A stretch of 64,000 bases of DNA, from NCBI GenBank assembly GCA_035492775.1, contig DATJIW010000090.1, forward strand, positions 6,737 to 70,736, written 5' to 3'. Below the pieces are notes generated by a model that saw only the letters and a list, made by a program, of their open reading frames with translations, had not been told where the DNA came from and ran no database searches. The position numbers and the translations under genes were made by a program. Below, piece by piece: positions 8,479 to 17,911 of the stretch; within the stretch, counting starts at the first letter, position 1, and each line of letters opens with the position of its first letter. The DNA is from Vicinamibacterales bacterium (GTDB lineage Bacteria; Acidobacteriota; Vicinamibacteria; Vicinamibacterales; 2-12-FULL-66-21).

Positions 8479-10080
8479 CTAGCCTCCGCGCCTGATTCGC
8501 TCCTCCAGTTGGCGCGCCGCCAGAGACGACGGGTCAAGGGCGAGGGCGCGCTGCGCCTGGCTCCGCGCCGCGGGCAGATCTTTCAGCTGCAGATACGCGT
8601 CCCCCAGCGCGACACGCGCGGGCACGGTGTCCTGGCTCCAGATCGAAATCTTGAACGCATCCACCGCATCGCGGGGCCGGCCCTGGCGGATGTAAATCCG
8701 GCCGATCAGCAGGTGCGCTTCCGCTTCATATGGCGACAGGAACACGGCGCGGCGAAGCTCCGACAGCGCCTCGCGATCGTGTTCCTGCTCGTACAGCCGG
8801 CGGCCGCGGTCGAGATGATACTGCGCGACATCGCGCTGATCGCGCTGAGCGCTCGTGACCAGCGCCTGATCGACGGCCGTAAACCGGCGGTTCTCGAGGT
8901 CGTACCGCGTGCGTTCGAGTCCTCGCGGAAGCGCGTCTGAGCGGCGCTCCGCGTAGCGGGCGGATAATTGCGCGGCAAGTTCGCGCTCGCGGCCGGCCTC
9001 TACGGTGTTGCCCGCGGCATCCAGTTCCGCCGCCAGCACGAAATGCGCGTCGGCATCGGTCGGATTCCGGCGCACCGCTTCGCGGAGCCAGTAAAAGGCG
9101 GCCTGGGGATCGCGATCGAGCGCGTAGGCGTAACCCAGGTTGAACAGCAGATCCGTATCGTCCGGCTCAGCCTCCGCGGCCTTCGTGAAATAGTAGACCG
9201 GCTTGCCGGTTTCCGGCGTGGCGCCGCGCCGGAGCTGCACGATCCCGATGTTATTGAGGATGGCGGCATCCGTCCGCTCGTTCAGCAGCGTCTTGAACGT
9301 CTCGAACGCCTCCTCGTATTTGTTCAACTCGAGCTGCGAGATGCCGGTCAAGAACCGCGCGCGCCGCGCGTACGGCGACGCCGGGTCGATGTCCTTCAGC
9401 GCAGCAAGCGCCGCCGCCGGGTTGCCCTGGCTCTCGCGCACGTCCCACAACGCGATTCTGGCCGCGTCGTATTCGGGATCGCTCTTCAGCGCCGACTCGA
9501 GAAAGGCGACCTGCGTGCCCGGTTGCTCCGCGATGAGCCCCTTGACGTACTGCTCGAACGCCTGAAGCGGCGGAGCGTGGACGGACGCAGGCACCACCCC
9601 GCCAGGAACGGCGCGCCGGGCGAGCTTGCGGCCGACTACGAAGAGGTCGGCGAGGGCCCCGCTTTCGGAAATCTCAGGGTCTGCGCGGCCCTCTTCGAGA
9701 TGGATCGCGCGCGCGTGCAGCGTCAGTGTCCCGTCTTTCACCTGCACACGTCCGACGATCACCTGCGACGCGCCCACGATCTGGCCGACCTTGATGACGG
9801 TAGCCTCGCTGAGGCGCGTATTCGGCGGCAGGTGCAGCTGGTCGTACGCCCGCGTCCGCGTGGTCCGCGAGATCGCGCCAAGACCCCGCGCGTTCAGGTC
9901 GTCCGCGATCAGGACGGCGGTCGCGTCCCCCAGCCAATAGCTTCCGCCGTCGTTCGCCGGCGTTTCGAAAGGAACCACGAGGATCCGCGCCGACGGCAGC
10001 GCAGGAACCGAGTGGATCGGCGCCGACGCCGTCGACTGACGCGCGGTCAGCGCCACGATCATCAGCCAGCCGATCATCAT
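8479..10080 (-). CDS. Tetratricopeptide (TPR) repeat protein with signal peptide
   Basis: MMIGWLMIVALTARQSTASA signal-like start at 10080 (ATGA overlap with the upstream stop). Multiple TPR-like helical pairs in the C-terminal two thirds. Confidence 0.7.
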   Translation of the reverse strand: MMIGWLMIVALTARQSTASAPIHSVPALPSARILVVPFETPANDGGSYWLGDATAVLIADDLNARGLGAISRTTRTRAYDQLHLPPNTRLSEATVIKVGQIVGASQVIVGRVQVKDGTLTLHARAIHLEEGRADPEISESGALADLFVVGRKLARRAVPGGVVPASVHAPPLQAFEQYVKGLIAEQPGTQVAFLESALKSDPEYDAARIALWDVRESQGNPAAALAALKDIDPASPYARRARFLTGISQLELNKYEEAFETFKTLLNERTDAAILNNIGIVQLRRGATPETGKPVYYFTKAAEAEPDDTDLLFNLGYAYALDRDPQAAFYWLREAVRRNPTDADAHFVLAAELDAAGNTVEAGRERELAAQLSARYAERRSDALPRGLERTRYDLENRRFTAVDQALVTSAQRDQRDVAQYHLDRGRRLYEQEHDREALSELRRAVFLSPYEAEAHLLIGRIYIRQGRPRDAVDAFKISIWSQDTVPARVALGDAYLQLKDLPAARSQAQRALALDPSSLAARQLEERIRRGG

Positions 10081-10679
10081 GCCGCCACCGCGTCTCCCGC
10101 CGCGCGGTCCGCGAACGACACCGACAGCAGGCAGCCGCGCTGCCCGGGCGCTTCGGCGCGGCACTGGCTCACACGCACGTCAGCAGGGACGTCGAACAGC
10201 TGCAGGACACGCTGAATCGCGGACGCATAGAACCCGCAAAGGGGCAGCGCCTGCGCCTCGCGGACCTCGCAGAAGAGCGAGCCGCGCAGATCGATCGTGA
10301 TGTTCCCCCGTTTGACCGACGTAATGGCGCGCGATCCCGGATACGTCGAACGGACGAGCGCCCGCGCCGTCCGCAGAGCCATCCGTGCGCGCAGCGCCAG
10401 CGGCAACGAGCGCGTCAGACGCCGTTCGAGCGCCGGAACGCTCTCGAATGTCCAGGCCGCCGCGTAGGCTCCGGCGCGTTCGGTGATGAGGTTGTATGCC
10501 TCACCCTCACCGCGGAGGAAGCTCAGTACGGCCGACAGCGGTGCGAGCCCGATGGTGCCTACGCGCAGGCCCGACGGGTTCAACCAGTTCTCGTAGAACT
10601 CGAGACGCGTGGGCAGCAGGTCCGCAATCGACTGATGCAGGCTCGCGATGAGGACGCGGCCGATTCGAGGTTCGCTCAT
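10077..10679 (-). CDS. Hypothetical protein with C-terminal V4R-like (4-vinyl reductase type) Cys motif
   Basis: SLFCEVREAQALPLCGFYASAIQRVLQLF...VSQCRAEAPGQRGCLLSV resembles the V4R small-molecule-binding domain pattern. No other recognisable motif. Confidence 0.4.
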   Translation of the reverse strand: MSEPRIGRVLIASLHQSIADLLPTRLEFYENWLNPSGLRVGTIGLAPLSAVLSFLRGEGEAYNLITERAGAYAAAWTFESVPALERRLTRSLPLALRARMALRTARALVRSTYPGSRAITSVKRGNITIDLRGSLFCEVREAQALPLCGFYASAIQRVLQLFDVPADVRVSQCRAEAPGQRGCLLSVSFADRAAGDAVAA

Positions 10680-10714
10680 GGCAGACGTGAGAGGAGAACT
10701 TTGCGCTTTGATCG

Positions 10715-11338
10715 TTGCTTGCCATAATGACGAGCGTGCGCGCGAACGCGGCGTCCCGTCCCGTCACAGCAGCGATCCTCGCCGGTGGCCGTGCCAGCCG
10801 CTTCGGCGGCGCGGACAAGTCGGCTCTGATGGTCAACGGCGCGCGGATCATCGACCATCAACTGGCCGCGCTGTCGCCGGTCGCGCAGCAGATCCTGATC
10901 GTCAGCAACGAGCGGGAGCGATTCGCCGCACTCGGCCTTCCCGTGGTGGCGGATGTGGTCCCGAACGCTGGACCAATGGGCGGCCTGTACACGGCGATCG
11001 TCGCGGCCAGCCATCACTGGGTGCTCGCACTCGCCTGCGACATGCCTTACGTCTCGACCGAGCTCTTCGAAGCGCTCATTTCGGCCGCCACCGACGACGT
11101 GGATGCCGTGCTGCCGCGATCCGTGCGAGGCATCGAGCCGCTGTGCGCGCTGTACGCGCGGACGGCCGCGCCGGTGCTGAGGCGCCGGATCGATGCCGGA
11201 GAATGGCGAGTCGGAGATGCTGTCGGCGACCTGCGGATTCGCGAGATCGCGGGCGACGCGATCGCAGGGCTCGCTGACGACAGTCGGCTGTTCGAGAACG
11301 TCAACACGCCGCATGACTACGCGCGCGCCAGGAAGTGA
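10715..11338 (+). CDS. mobA: Molybdenum cofactor guanylyltransferase
   Basis: AAILAGGRASRFGGADKSALMVNG nucleotide-binding N-terminus. Size and ...DMPYV... region are typical of MobA. Confidence 0.8.
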   Translation: MLAIMTSVRANAASRPVTAAILAGGRASRFGGADKSALMVNGARIIDHQLAALSPVAQQILIVSNERERFAALGLPVVADVVPNAGPMGGLYTAIVAASHHWVLALACDMPYVSTELFEALISAATDDVDAVLPRSVRGIEPLCALYARTAAPVLRRRIDAGEWRVGDAVGDLRIREIAGDAIAGLADDSRLFENVNTPHDYARARK

Positions 11339-11383
11339 TGCAGGTACGATGAAATCGTCCGACGATCGTATCACGGAACAATT

Positions 11384-13399
11384 GTGATTCTCCCGATTCA
11401 ACAGCAGCTCCGCGCACGAATTGCCGAGGCCGTCCGACAAGTTTACGCGCTCGAACCGGCTGACCCCGTACTGCTCGACATCCCGCTCGAGACGCCGCCG
11501 AACCGCGCGCTCGGCGACGTTGCCGTGCCGCTCGCGTTCGCGCTCGCGCGCCGTCTGCGGAAGGCGCCGCGCGTCATCGCGCAGGAGCTCGCCTCCGCGC
11601 TCTCGGACGTTCCGGGCATTCCGCGCGTCGAAGCCGCACCGAACGGCTATCTGAATTTCTTTCTCGATCGCGCCGCGTGGCTCCGCCACTGGTCATCGGA
11701 ACGGCCGGAGCTCGAGGCTCGCACGACCGGCGAAAAGGTCGTGGTCGAACACACCGCCATCAATCCGAACAAGGCGGCTCACATCGGCCACCTGCGCAAC
11801 GCGGCGCTCGGGGACGCGTTTGGCCGCCTGCTCCGGTTCCAGGGCAAACGGGTCGAAATCCAGAATTACATCGACGACACCGGCGTCCAGGTTGCCGACG
11901 TCGTCGTTGGCTTTCGTCAGCTCGAGAACCGCACGTTCGACGCGGTGCGGGCACTCGCCGAATCGACGCGCTTCGATTACTACTGCTGGGACCTGTACGC
12001 GCGGGTGACGGACTGGTACGAGGCCGACAAGGAGCGCCTGAGCATCCGCGCGGAGACACTGCACGCCATCGAGCACGGCGGCAACGACGCGGCCGCGATG
12101 GGAGCGTTCATCGCGGAGCGGATCGTCCGCTGCCACCTTGCGACGATGCGGCGCATGAACATCCGGTACGACCTCCTGACGTGGGAGGGCGATATCCTGC
12201 GCCTGCACTTCTGGGCGCACGCCTTCGAGTTCCTCAAACGCAGCGGCGAAGTGTTCCGGCAGACGGAAGGCAAGCTCGCCGGATGCTGGGTCATGCGCAT
12301 TGACGAGGATGCGGGCGCAGAGGGCACCATGCCCGCGTCCGAGGACACGCAGGAAGAACAGCGGGAGAAGGTCATCGTCCGGTCCGACGGAACAGTCACC
12401 TACGTCGGGAAGGACATGGCGAACCAGATGTGGAAGTTCGGCGTGCTCGGGAAGGACTTCTGTTATCGCGTGTTCGACGAGTACGCCGGCGAGCCGCCGC
12501 TGTGGTCCACGACGGCCGATCGGACGGCTGCCGCGGCCAGTCCGCCGGAATTCGGGCACGCCGCCACCGTCTGCAACGTGATCGACACGCGGCAGTCGTA
12601 CCTCCAGAAACTGCTGAAGCAGGCGCTCTCTGCACTCGGTTTCAAGGAGCAGGCACGCCACTCGATCCATTACTCGTACGAAATGGTCGCGCTGTCGCAT
12701 GCGACGGCGCACGAGTTTGGGTACGGCCAGAACGTCGACGAGTCCAGACCGTTCGTGGAGGTGTCCGGCCGGAGAGGCCTCGGCGTCAAGGCCGACGATT
12801 TGCTCGACCGGCTGACGGACAAAGCATCACAGGAAGTCGCGCGGCGGAACCCCGAGTTCGTACCCGAGGAAGTGCGGAGAACCGCGTCAGCAATTGCCAT
12901 CGCCGCCGTCCGGTACTTCATGGTCAAGTTCTCGCGCGGCAAGGTGATCGTGTTCGACGTGGACGAGGCGTTGAGCTTCGAGGGAGAGAGCGGCCCGTAC
13001 CTGCAGTACGCGGCCGTGCGCGCGGCGAACATCTTCGCGAAGCTGAAGGATCGCGAAGGGCTGACGGCCGAATCCGTGCTGGAATCGCTGTCCTCGGTGC
13101 CGGCCGACGCGATCGCCGACGGCTCGGAAGACGCGAACGAGCTGTGGGCGCTCGTGCTCGAGTCTGCGCGGCTCGACGAGATCGTGGATCAGGCCGTCCG
13201 GACGCTGGAGCTTTCAGTGCTGGCGAAATGGGCGTTCGCGCTCGCGCAGCAATTCAACGGGTTTTACCACCGGTTTCCCGTGCTGGCCGAAGAACGGAAG
13301 GACGTGCGGCTGTGGCGCGCGGCCGCCGTGGCTTACTATCGTCGGCAACTGACGGCAGCGCTCGAGTTGATGGGCTGCGCCGTGCCGGATCGGATGTGA
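11384..13399 (+). CDS. argS: Arginine--tRNA ligase
   Basis: Class I HIGH motif (NPNKAAHIGHLRNAALGD) and ArgRS-type anticodon-binding C-terminus ending ...DRM. Confidence 0.9.
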   Translation: MILPIQQQLRARIAEAVRQVYALEPADPVLLDIPLETPPNRALGDVAVPLAFALARRLRKAPRVIAQELASALSDVPGIPRVEAAPNGYLNFFLDRAAWLRHWSSERPELEARTTGEKVVVEHTAINPNKAAHIGHLRNAALGDAFGRLLRFQGKRVEIQNYIDDTGVQVADVVVGFRQLENRTFDAVRALAESTRFDYYCWDLYARVTDWYEADKERLSIRAETLHAIEHGGNDAAAMGAFIAERIVRCHLATMRRMNIRYDLLTWEGDILRLHFWAHAFEFLKRSGEVFRQTEGKLAGCWVMRIDEDAGAEGTMPASEDTQEEQREKVIVRSDGTVTYVGKDMANQMWKFGVLGKDFCYRVFDEYAGEPPLWSTTADRTAAAASPPEFGHAATVCNVIDTRQSYLQKLLKQALSALGFKEQARHSIHYSYEMVALSHATAHEFGYGQNVDESRPFVEVSGRRGLGVKADDLLDRLTDKASQEVARRNPEFVPEEVRRTASAIAIAAVRYFMVKFSRGKVIVFDVDEALSFEGESGPYLQYAAVRAANIFAKLKDREGLTAESVLESLSSVPADAIADGSEDANELWALVLESARLDEIVDQAVRTLELSVLAKWAFALAQQFNGFYHRFPVLAEERKDVRLWRAAAVAYYRRQLTAALELMGCAVPDRM

Positions 13400-13402
13400 A
13401 AG

Positions 13403-14161
13403 ATGAAACCGCGCATCGGCATCACTCCCTGTTCGCACGTTGACGACTACGTCGAATCGGTCCGCGCTGCCGGCGGCGAGCCGATCGTCCTGCGCAATGA
13501 CGACCGTCCGGATGAAGTGCTGCACCGCGTCGATGGCATTCTGCTCACGGGGGGACCGGACGTCGACCCCGCGCTCTACCGGCAGCCGAAGCACGATTCG
13601 ACGGAAATCGATCCCGCACGCGATGCGTTCGAGGTTCCGCTGTCGCGCGCGGCGCTCTCGGACAACGTGCCGCTCTTTGCGATCTGCCGCGGTGTGCAGG
13701 TGTTGAACGTGGCCGCCGGCGGGACGCTGGTGCAGGACATTCCGACGCAGTCCTCGACGACGATCGATCACGCCATCCACCGGGCTCGAGACGCGCATGC
13801 GCACGACGTGCAGCTCGTCGAGGGCACGCGCCTCGCGTCGATCCTCGACGGACAGACGGCTGACGCGTGTTCCGTCAACAGCCGCCATCACCAGGCGGTC
13901 GGCGAAGTAGCCCCTTCGTTCGTCGTGTCCGCCGTGTCGCCCGACGGAATCGTGGAAGCGATCGAACGCCCCGACGCCGCCTTTTGCGTCGGCGTGCAGT
14001 GGCATCCCGAGAACTTCTGGCGCACCGGAGAGTTCCTGCCCCTGTTCCGCGCATTCATCGCCGAAGCAGGCCGCCGGGGGCGGCGCGGCGAAGCGCACGG
14101 ACGCCCGGGCGAGGCCACGGAGATTCAACTAAGAGGCCACGGAGGCCACGGAGGGCTATAA
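13403..14161 (+). CDS. Gamma-glutamyl-gamma-aminobutyrate hydrolase family protein (class I glutamine amidotransferase, peptidase C26)
   Basis: Nucleophile elbow ICRGVQVLNVAAGG and HHQAV histidine region. The last roughly 10 codons (...LRGHGGHGGL) are encoded by the 14111-14195 repeat. Confidence 0.8.
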   Translation: MKPRIGITPCSHVDDYVESVRAAGGEPIVLRNDDRPDEVLHRVDGILLTGGPDVDPALYRQPKHDSTEIDPARDAFEVPLSRAALSDNVPLFAICRGVQVLNVAAGGTLVQDIPTQSSTTIDHAIHRARDAHAHDVQLVEGTRLASILDGQTADACSVNSRHHQAVGEVAPSFVVSAVSPDGIVEAIERPDAAFCVGVQWHPENFWRTGEFLPLFRAFIAEAGRRGRRGEAHGRPGEATEIQLRGHGGHGGL

Positions 14162-14195
14162 ACAAAGAGGGCCAGAGGGCCAGAGGGCCAGAGGC
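14111..14195. repeat. Short tandem repeats: GAGGCCACG x3 then AGAGGGCC x3.5
   Basis: Direct reading gaggccacgg...aagaggccacggaggccacggagggctataaacaaagagggccagagggccagagggccagaggc. It lies between convergent stops at 14159-14161 and 14207-14209. Confidence 0.85.
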
Positions 14196-14206
14196 AAGTT
14201 GACCCC

Positions 14207-15493
14207 TCACTCCGGCCGACCGAACACCGCAAACGACTCGACGTGTGCGGTATTTGGAAACAAATCGAACGCACGGATGGATTCGAGTGCGTAACCCGCA
14301 TCCAGCAGGCGTCGCGCGTCGCGCGCCAGTGTCGGCGGATCGCACGAGACGTAGACGATTCGCGGTGCCGGCCGGCGTAGCATCGCTTCCATCGCCGGTT
14401 TCGACACGCCGGTCCGCGGCGGATCGACGATGCAGGCGTCCGGCGTGTGTTTCGCGGTCGACAGAAATTCTTCGACGCTGACCGCCTTCGCGTGCAGGCG
14501 CGGCGCGAACGCGCGGGCGTTGTGACGGAGGTCACGCGCGCTCGAGCGATCGCCCTCCACCGCCGTCACCTCCGCGGCGCCCGCGGCGGCGATCGCCAGC
14601 GAGAACAGCCCCACGCCGGCATAGAGATCCACGACGTGCCCGGCGGCTGAAACGGCATCGAGCACCGCAGACACGAGCGACGGCAACAGGAATCGATTGC
14701 CCTGGAAGAACGACTCTGCGTGCCGTCGGACCTCTCCCGGGTGTTTGACGCGGTTCGAAATCGCCTCGAGCGAATCGGATACAGCGGGATCTCCAGCGGT
14801 CTGCAGACTGCCCGCAGCCGTCCGGAAGCTGAGTCCCGTCAGACCGGCATCCTCTGCCGCCGCGGCGAGCGCCGATTCGTCGAGTTCCCCCGCGTCCATC
14901 GACTCGAGATGCGCCGCACGCTGGTCGGCCGCCAGATTCTCGGCGATGGCGATGGACGCGATGGAATCGCGCGAGCGCGCCTGAAGCGACCCGACGAGCC
15001 GGACCGCCGCATCGATCGTCTCGGACCGCAGCTGACCGGTCGGCGCGGCGTCGCAGAGCTGGTGCGTGCCCTCGCGATAGAAGCCTACACGCCCGCCGCG
15101 AACGTGCAGCCTCGCGCGCATGCGGTAGCCGGTCTCCGGAGACCCTTCGACATCGGGCGACCGTTCGAGCGGATGATGAGCCAGGCGGGTGAAAGCGTCC
15201 TGAACGATCTCTCCCTTGAGCGCGAGCTGGCGGGCATATGCGACGTGCGCAAAGACGCCTCCGCCGCAGAGGGGATCGAAGGCCGGGGCTCGGCGATCGG
15301 GCGAAGCGTCGAGCACGTCCCGGACGGCGGCGTACGCCACGCGCCGGTCGGCGCGCTCGATCCAGGCGGTGACACGCTCGCCGGGGATGGCGCCACGCAC
15401 GAGCACGACCTGTCCGTGGTGACGGCCGATCGTCCAGCCGCCCGCAGCGACCTTCTCGATGTCGAGGGTGACTTGCTGTCCTTCAGCCAGCAA
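14207..15493 (-). CDS. Class I SAM-dependent RNA (uracil-5-)-methyltransferase, RumA/RlmD-like with N-terminal TRAM-like domain
   Basis: TRAM-like N-terminus (GQQVTLDIEKVAAGGWTIGRH), SAM motif VVDLYAGVGLFS and C-terminal catalytic region YVSCDPPTLARD. Confidence 0.8.
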   Translation of the reverse strand: MLAEGQQVTLDIEKVAAGGWTIGRHHGQVVLVRGAIPGERVTAWIERADRRVAYAAVRDVLDASPDRRAPAFDPLCGGGVFAHVAYARQLALKGEIVQDAFTRLAHHPLERSPDVEGSPETGYRMRARLHVRGGRVGFYREGTHQLCDAAPTGQLRSETIDAAVRLVGSLQARSRDSIASIAIAENLAADQRAAHLESMDAGELDESALAAAAEDAGLTGLSFRTAAGSLQTAGDPAVSDSLEAISNRVKHPGEVRRHAESFFQGNRFLLPSLVSAVLDAVSAAGHVVDLYAGVGLFSLAIAAAGAAEVTAVEGDRSSARDLRHNARAFAPRLHAKAVSVEEFLSTAKHTPDACIVDPPRTGVSKPAMEAMLRRPAPRIVYVSCDPPTLARDARRLLDAGYALESIRAFDLFPNTAHVESFAVFGRPE

Positions 15494-15509
15494 CTTCGAA
15501 CTCGTATCG

Positions 15510-16202
15510 TTATTCGAACGCCAGCACGGGCAGGCCGGCGGCGTCGCGCACGCGGCGCTCGAACGCTGCGGCGGCAGCGGATTCGCGATCCGCCGCGGTC
15601 ATCCGTGCGGCGAACGGCGCAATGTCTTCCTGCGCAGCGGCGCGCATCGCGCGCGCGGTTTCGCCATCGATCTCACCGATCGCAGCCGCCGTCAGTCGGG
15701 CGTCGAGTGCCGACAGGCGTTCGAGCACCCGCGTACGCTCGTGTCCGCGGGCATTACGCGCGGCGGTCCGCATCGTATCGAGCTCGCGGACGGCATCGGC
15801 GAGCGCTGCGTCGAAGCCTTCGGACCGCCAGGGCCCGCCGCGCCGGGACGTCAGCCGCGCGATGACGCGGTCGAGGTGCGCCGGTAGCGAGTCGCGCCGG
15901 TGCGAGCTTTCGTCGGTACTTCCGCCTTCCGCCCCAACGCCCACGGCGCGCCGCCAGTTGTCGAAGAGATCGAGGATGTCGGCCTCGCAGAACTCGATCC
16001 GCACCGGACGCCGTCGCGGACCCTTCGCGTAGTAGCGATCGCAATACTGATCAATCCCTCTCTTCGCGAGCGCCAGCGGTACTCCCTGCTCCGCCCAGCC
16101 GCAGACGCGCTCGAATGCCGGGCCGACGATGCGAATGAGGTGCCCCTCGTTCTTCTGACACAAATACCCTTCGAGCTCCCGGCAGTATTCCGAATTCTGC
16201 AT
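15510..16202 (-). CDS. Hypothetical protein (Cys-rich N-terminal 72 aa, Ala/Arg-rich helical C-terminus)
   Basis: Uninterrupted 230-aa ORF 16 nt upstream of the methyltransferase gene. Cys at residues 7, 15, 34, 54 and 72. No family recognised. Confidence 0.55.
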   Translation of the reverse strand: MQNSEYCRELEGYLCQKNEGHLIRIVGPAFERVCGWAEQGVPLALAKRGIDQYCDRYYAKGPRRRPVRIEFCEADILDLFDNWRRAVGVGAEGGSTDESSHRRDSLPAHLDRVIARLTSRRGGPWRSEGFDAALADAVRELDTMRTAARNARGHERTRVLERLSALDARLTAAAIGEIDGETARAMRAAAQEDIAPFAARMTAADRESAAAAAFERRVRDAAGLPVLAFE

Positions 16203-16236
16203 CGCTGGTTCGAGACCTGGAATTGCTGGACGATTT

Positions 16237-16325
16237 CAATCTTCAATGCGCAATCTTCAATGCGCAATCTTCAATCGGCAATCTTCAATCCCTAATCTTC
16301 AATCGGCAGTCTTCAATCGCCAATG
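16237..16325. repeat. Tandem array with 14-nt period (CAATCTTCAATSSS, about 6 copies)
   Basis: caatcttcaatgcg x2, caatcttcaatcgg, caatcttcaatccc, taatcttcaatcgg, cagtcttcaatcgc. The array spans the coaX stop codon (16299-16301). Confidence 0.9.
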
Positions 16326-17117
16326 TTCGGTTCTTTGCCAGATCAACCGGAGCCCGTCGAGCGTGAGATTCTCGTCCACGCGCTCGATGGCGCGGCTTTC
16401 GCCGGAGAGCACATCTGCGAGTCCTCCGGTGCCGATGACGAGCGCGCGGTCGCCTCCGTCCAGTTCCGCACGGATGCGGCGTACCAGTCCATCGACGAGG
16501 TCAACGTAGCCGAAGAACAAACCCGCCTGCATCGCGGCCACGGTGTTCTGCCCGATCACGCCGGCCGGCTTCCGCACGTCCACGCGGGGAAGCCGCGCGG
16601 CGCGCTGAAAGAGCGCCTCCGCCGAGATGTTGATGCCCGGACAGATGACCCCTCCGATGTACTCGCCCGCCGACGACACCACGTCGAACGTCGTGCCGGT
16701 GCCGAAGTCGACGATGATGAGCGGGACCGCGGATTGACGGCCGTATTTCTCCCACGCCCCGGCCGCGTTCACGATCCGGTCGGCGCCCACGTCCGTGATC
16801 GGGTTGTAGCGGACGGGCATGCCGGCGTTCGTCGCATCGACGACGAACGCGGCGTGATGGAAGTAGCGCTGGCACATCTCCTCAATCGGCCGTGTCAGCG
16901 GCGGCACCACCGACGCGACGGCGATGCCGGCGAGTTCGGGAATCGGCACGTGCGCGGTCTCGAAGAGGCGCGTCACGAAAATGCCCAGCTCGTCCGCCGT
17001 GCGTTCGCGCAGGGCTGCCAGCCTCCAGCTGTGCGCGAGCCGGTCGCCTTCGAAGACGCCGATGGTGACGTTCGTGTTGCCGACGTCGAGCGCCAGCAGC
17101 CGCGGAGCTACTTCCAT
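16299..17117 (-). CDS. coaX: Type III pantothenate kinase
   Basis: MEVAPRLLALDVGNTNVTIGVF N-terminus at ATG 17117, plus DFGTGTTFD and GGLA motifs. The listed ORF's upstream extension overlaps birA. Confidence 0.85.
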   Translation of the reverse strand: MEVAPRLLALDVGNTNVTIGVFEGDRLAHSWRLAALRERTADELGIFVTRLFETAHVPIPELAGIAVASVVPPLTRPIEEMCQRYFHHAAFVVDATNAGMPVRYNPITDVGADRIVNAAGAWEKYGRQSAVPLIIVDFGTGTTFDVVSSAGEYIGGVICPGINISAEALFQRAARLPRVDVRKPAGVIGQNTVAAMQAGLFFGYVDLVDGLVRRIRAELDGGDRALVIGTGGLADVLSGESRAIERVDENLTLDGLRLIWQRTEHWRLKTAD

Positions 17118-17911
17118 CGCACCTCTCCTGCGACAATCCGTTCGACTCCCTGGTCCGTGGATACGCGCAACGCTCCGTCGGCGTCGAGGCCCGCGCTCAG
17201 GCCGGTCCGCACCTGGTCCGGGCCGTCCCACTCGACCGCCGCCCCGTGTGCGGCCGGCGACAGCGCGAGCCACGATTCGAGCAGCCTCGCCGGCCCGTTC
17301 GCCGCGACGTCGGCCGTGACGCGGTGAAGGGCAGCAAGAACTGCGGCGAGGACGGCGCCGCCGTCGACTTCGCGGCCGAGTTCCCCTTCGAGCGATCCAG
17401 CGCGTCCCTCCAGTTCGGGGGGAAACGCCGATCGGCGAAGGTTGATCCCGAATCCAAGCACGATGTAATGAATCGAGGCGGCACCGCTCGACGCCTCTGC
17501 GAGAATGCCGGCGAGTTTACGGCGCGAGCGAAACGCCTGTCCTGTGACGGCGACCACGTCGTTCGGCCATTTGAGCTGCACGGGCAGTCCCGTCGACTCG
17601 CGGATGCCGTGCGCGACCGCCACGCCCCCTGCGAGCGTGATCCACCGCGCGAGCGCCGGACGGCGGAGGATGGTCGAGACATAGAGTCCCGACTCTGGCG
17701 GTGAGTGCCACGATCGTCCGAGACGTCCGCGGCCGGCGGTCTGCGCACCCGCGATGAATACGCAGCCTTCGTCGGCGCCCCGGTCCGCCGCGCGCAACGC
17801 GACGTCGTTCGTCGATCCGATTTCGTCGAAGTATTCCCACGACCTACCGAACACGCCGCGCTGCTCCGCGTTGGCAGACAAGGCGCGGCTGATTTCGGAG
17901 CGGAGCGTCAA
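17108..17911 (-). CDS. birA: Biotin--[acetyl-CoA-carboxylase] ligase
   Basis: GRGRLGRSWHSP biotin-binding motif and KWPNDV motif. TTG start overlaps the nadC stop. Confidence 0.85.
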   Translation of the reverse strand: MTLRSEISRALSANAEQRGVFGRSWEYFDEIGSTNDVALRAADRGADEGCVFIAGAQTAGRGRLGRSWHSPPESGLYVSTILRRPALARWITLAGGVAVAHGIRESTGLPVQLKWPNDVVAVTGQAFRSRRKLAGILAEASSGAASIHYIVLGFGINLRRSAFPPELEGRAGSLEGELGREVDGGAVLAAVLAALHRVTADVAANGPARLLESWLALSPAAHGAAVEWDGPDQVRTGLSAGLDADGALRVSTDQGVERIVAGEVRWK

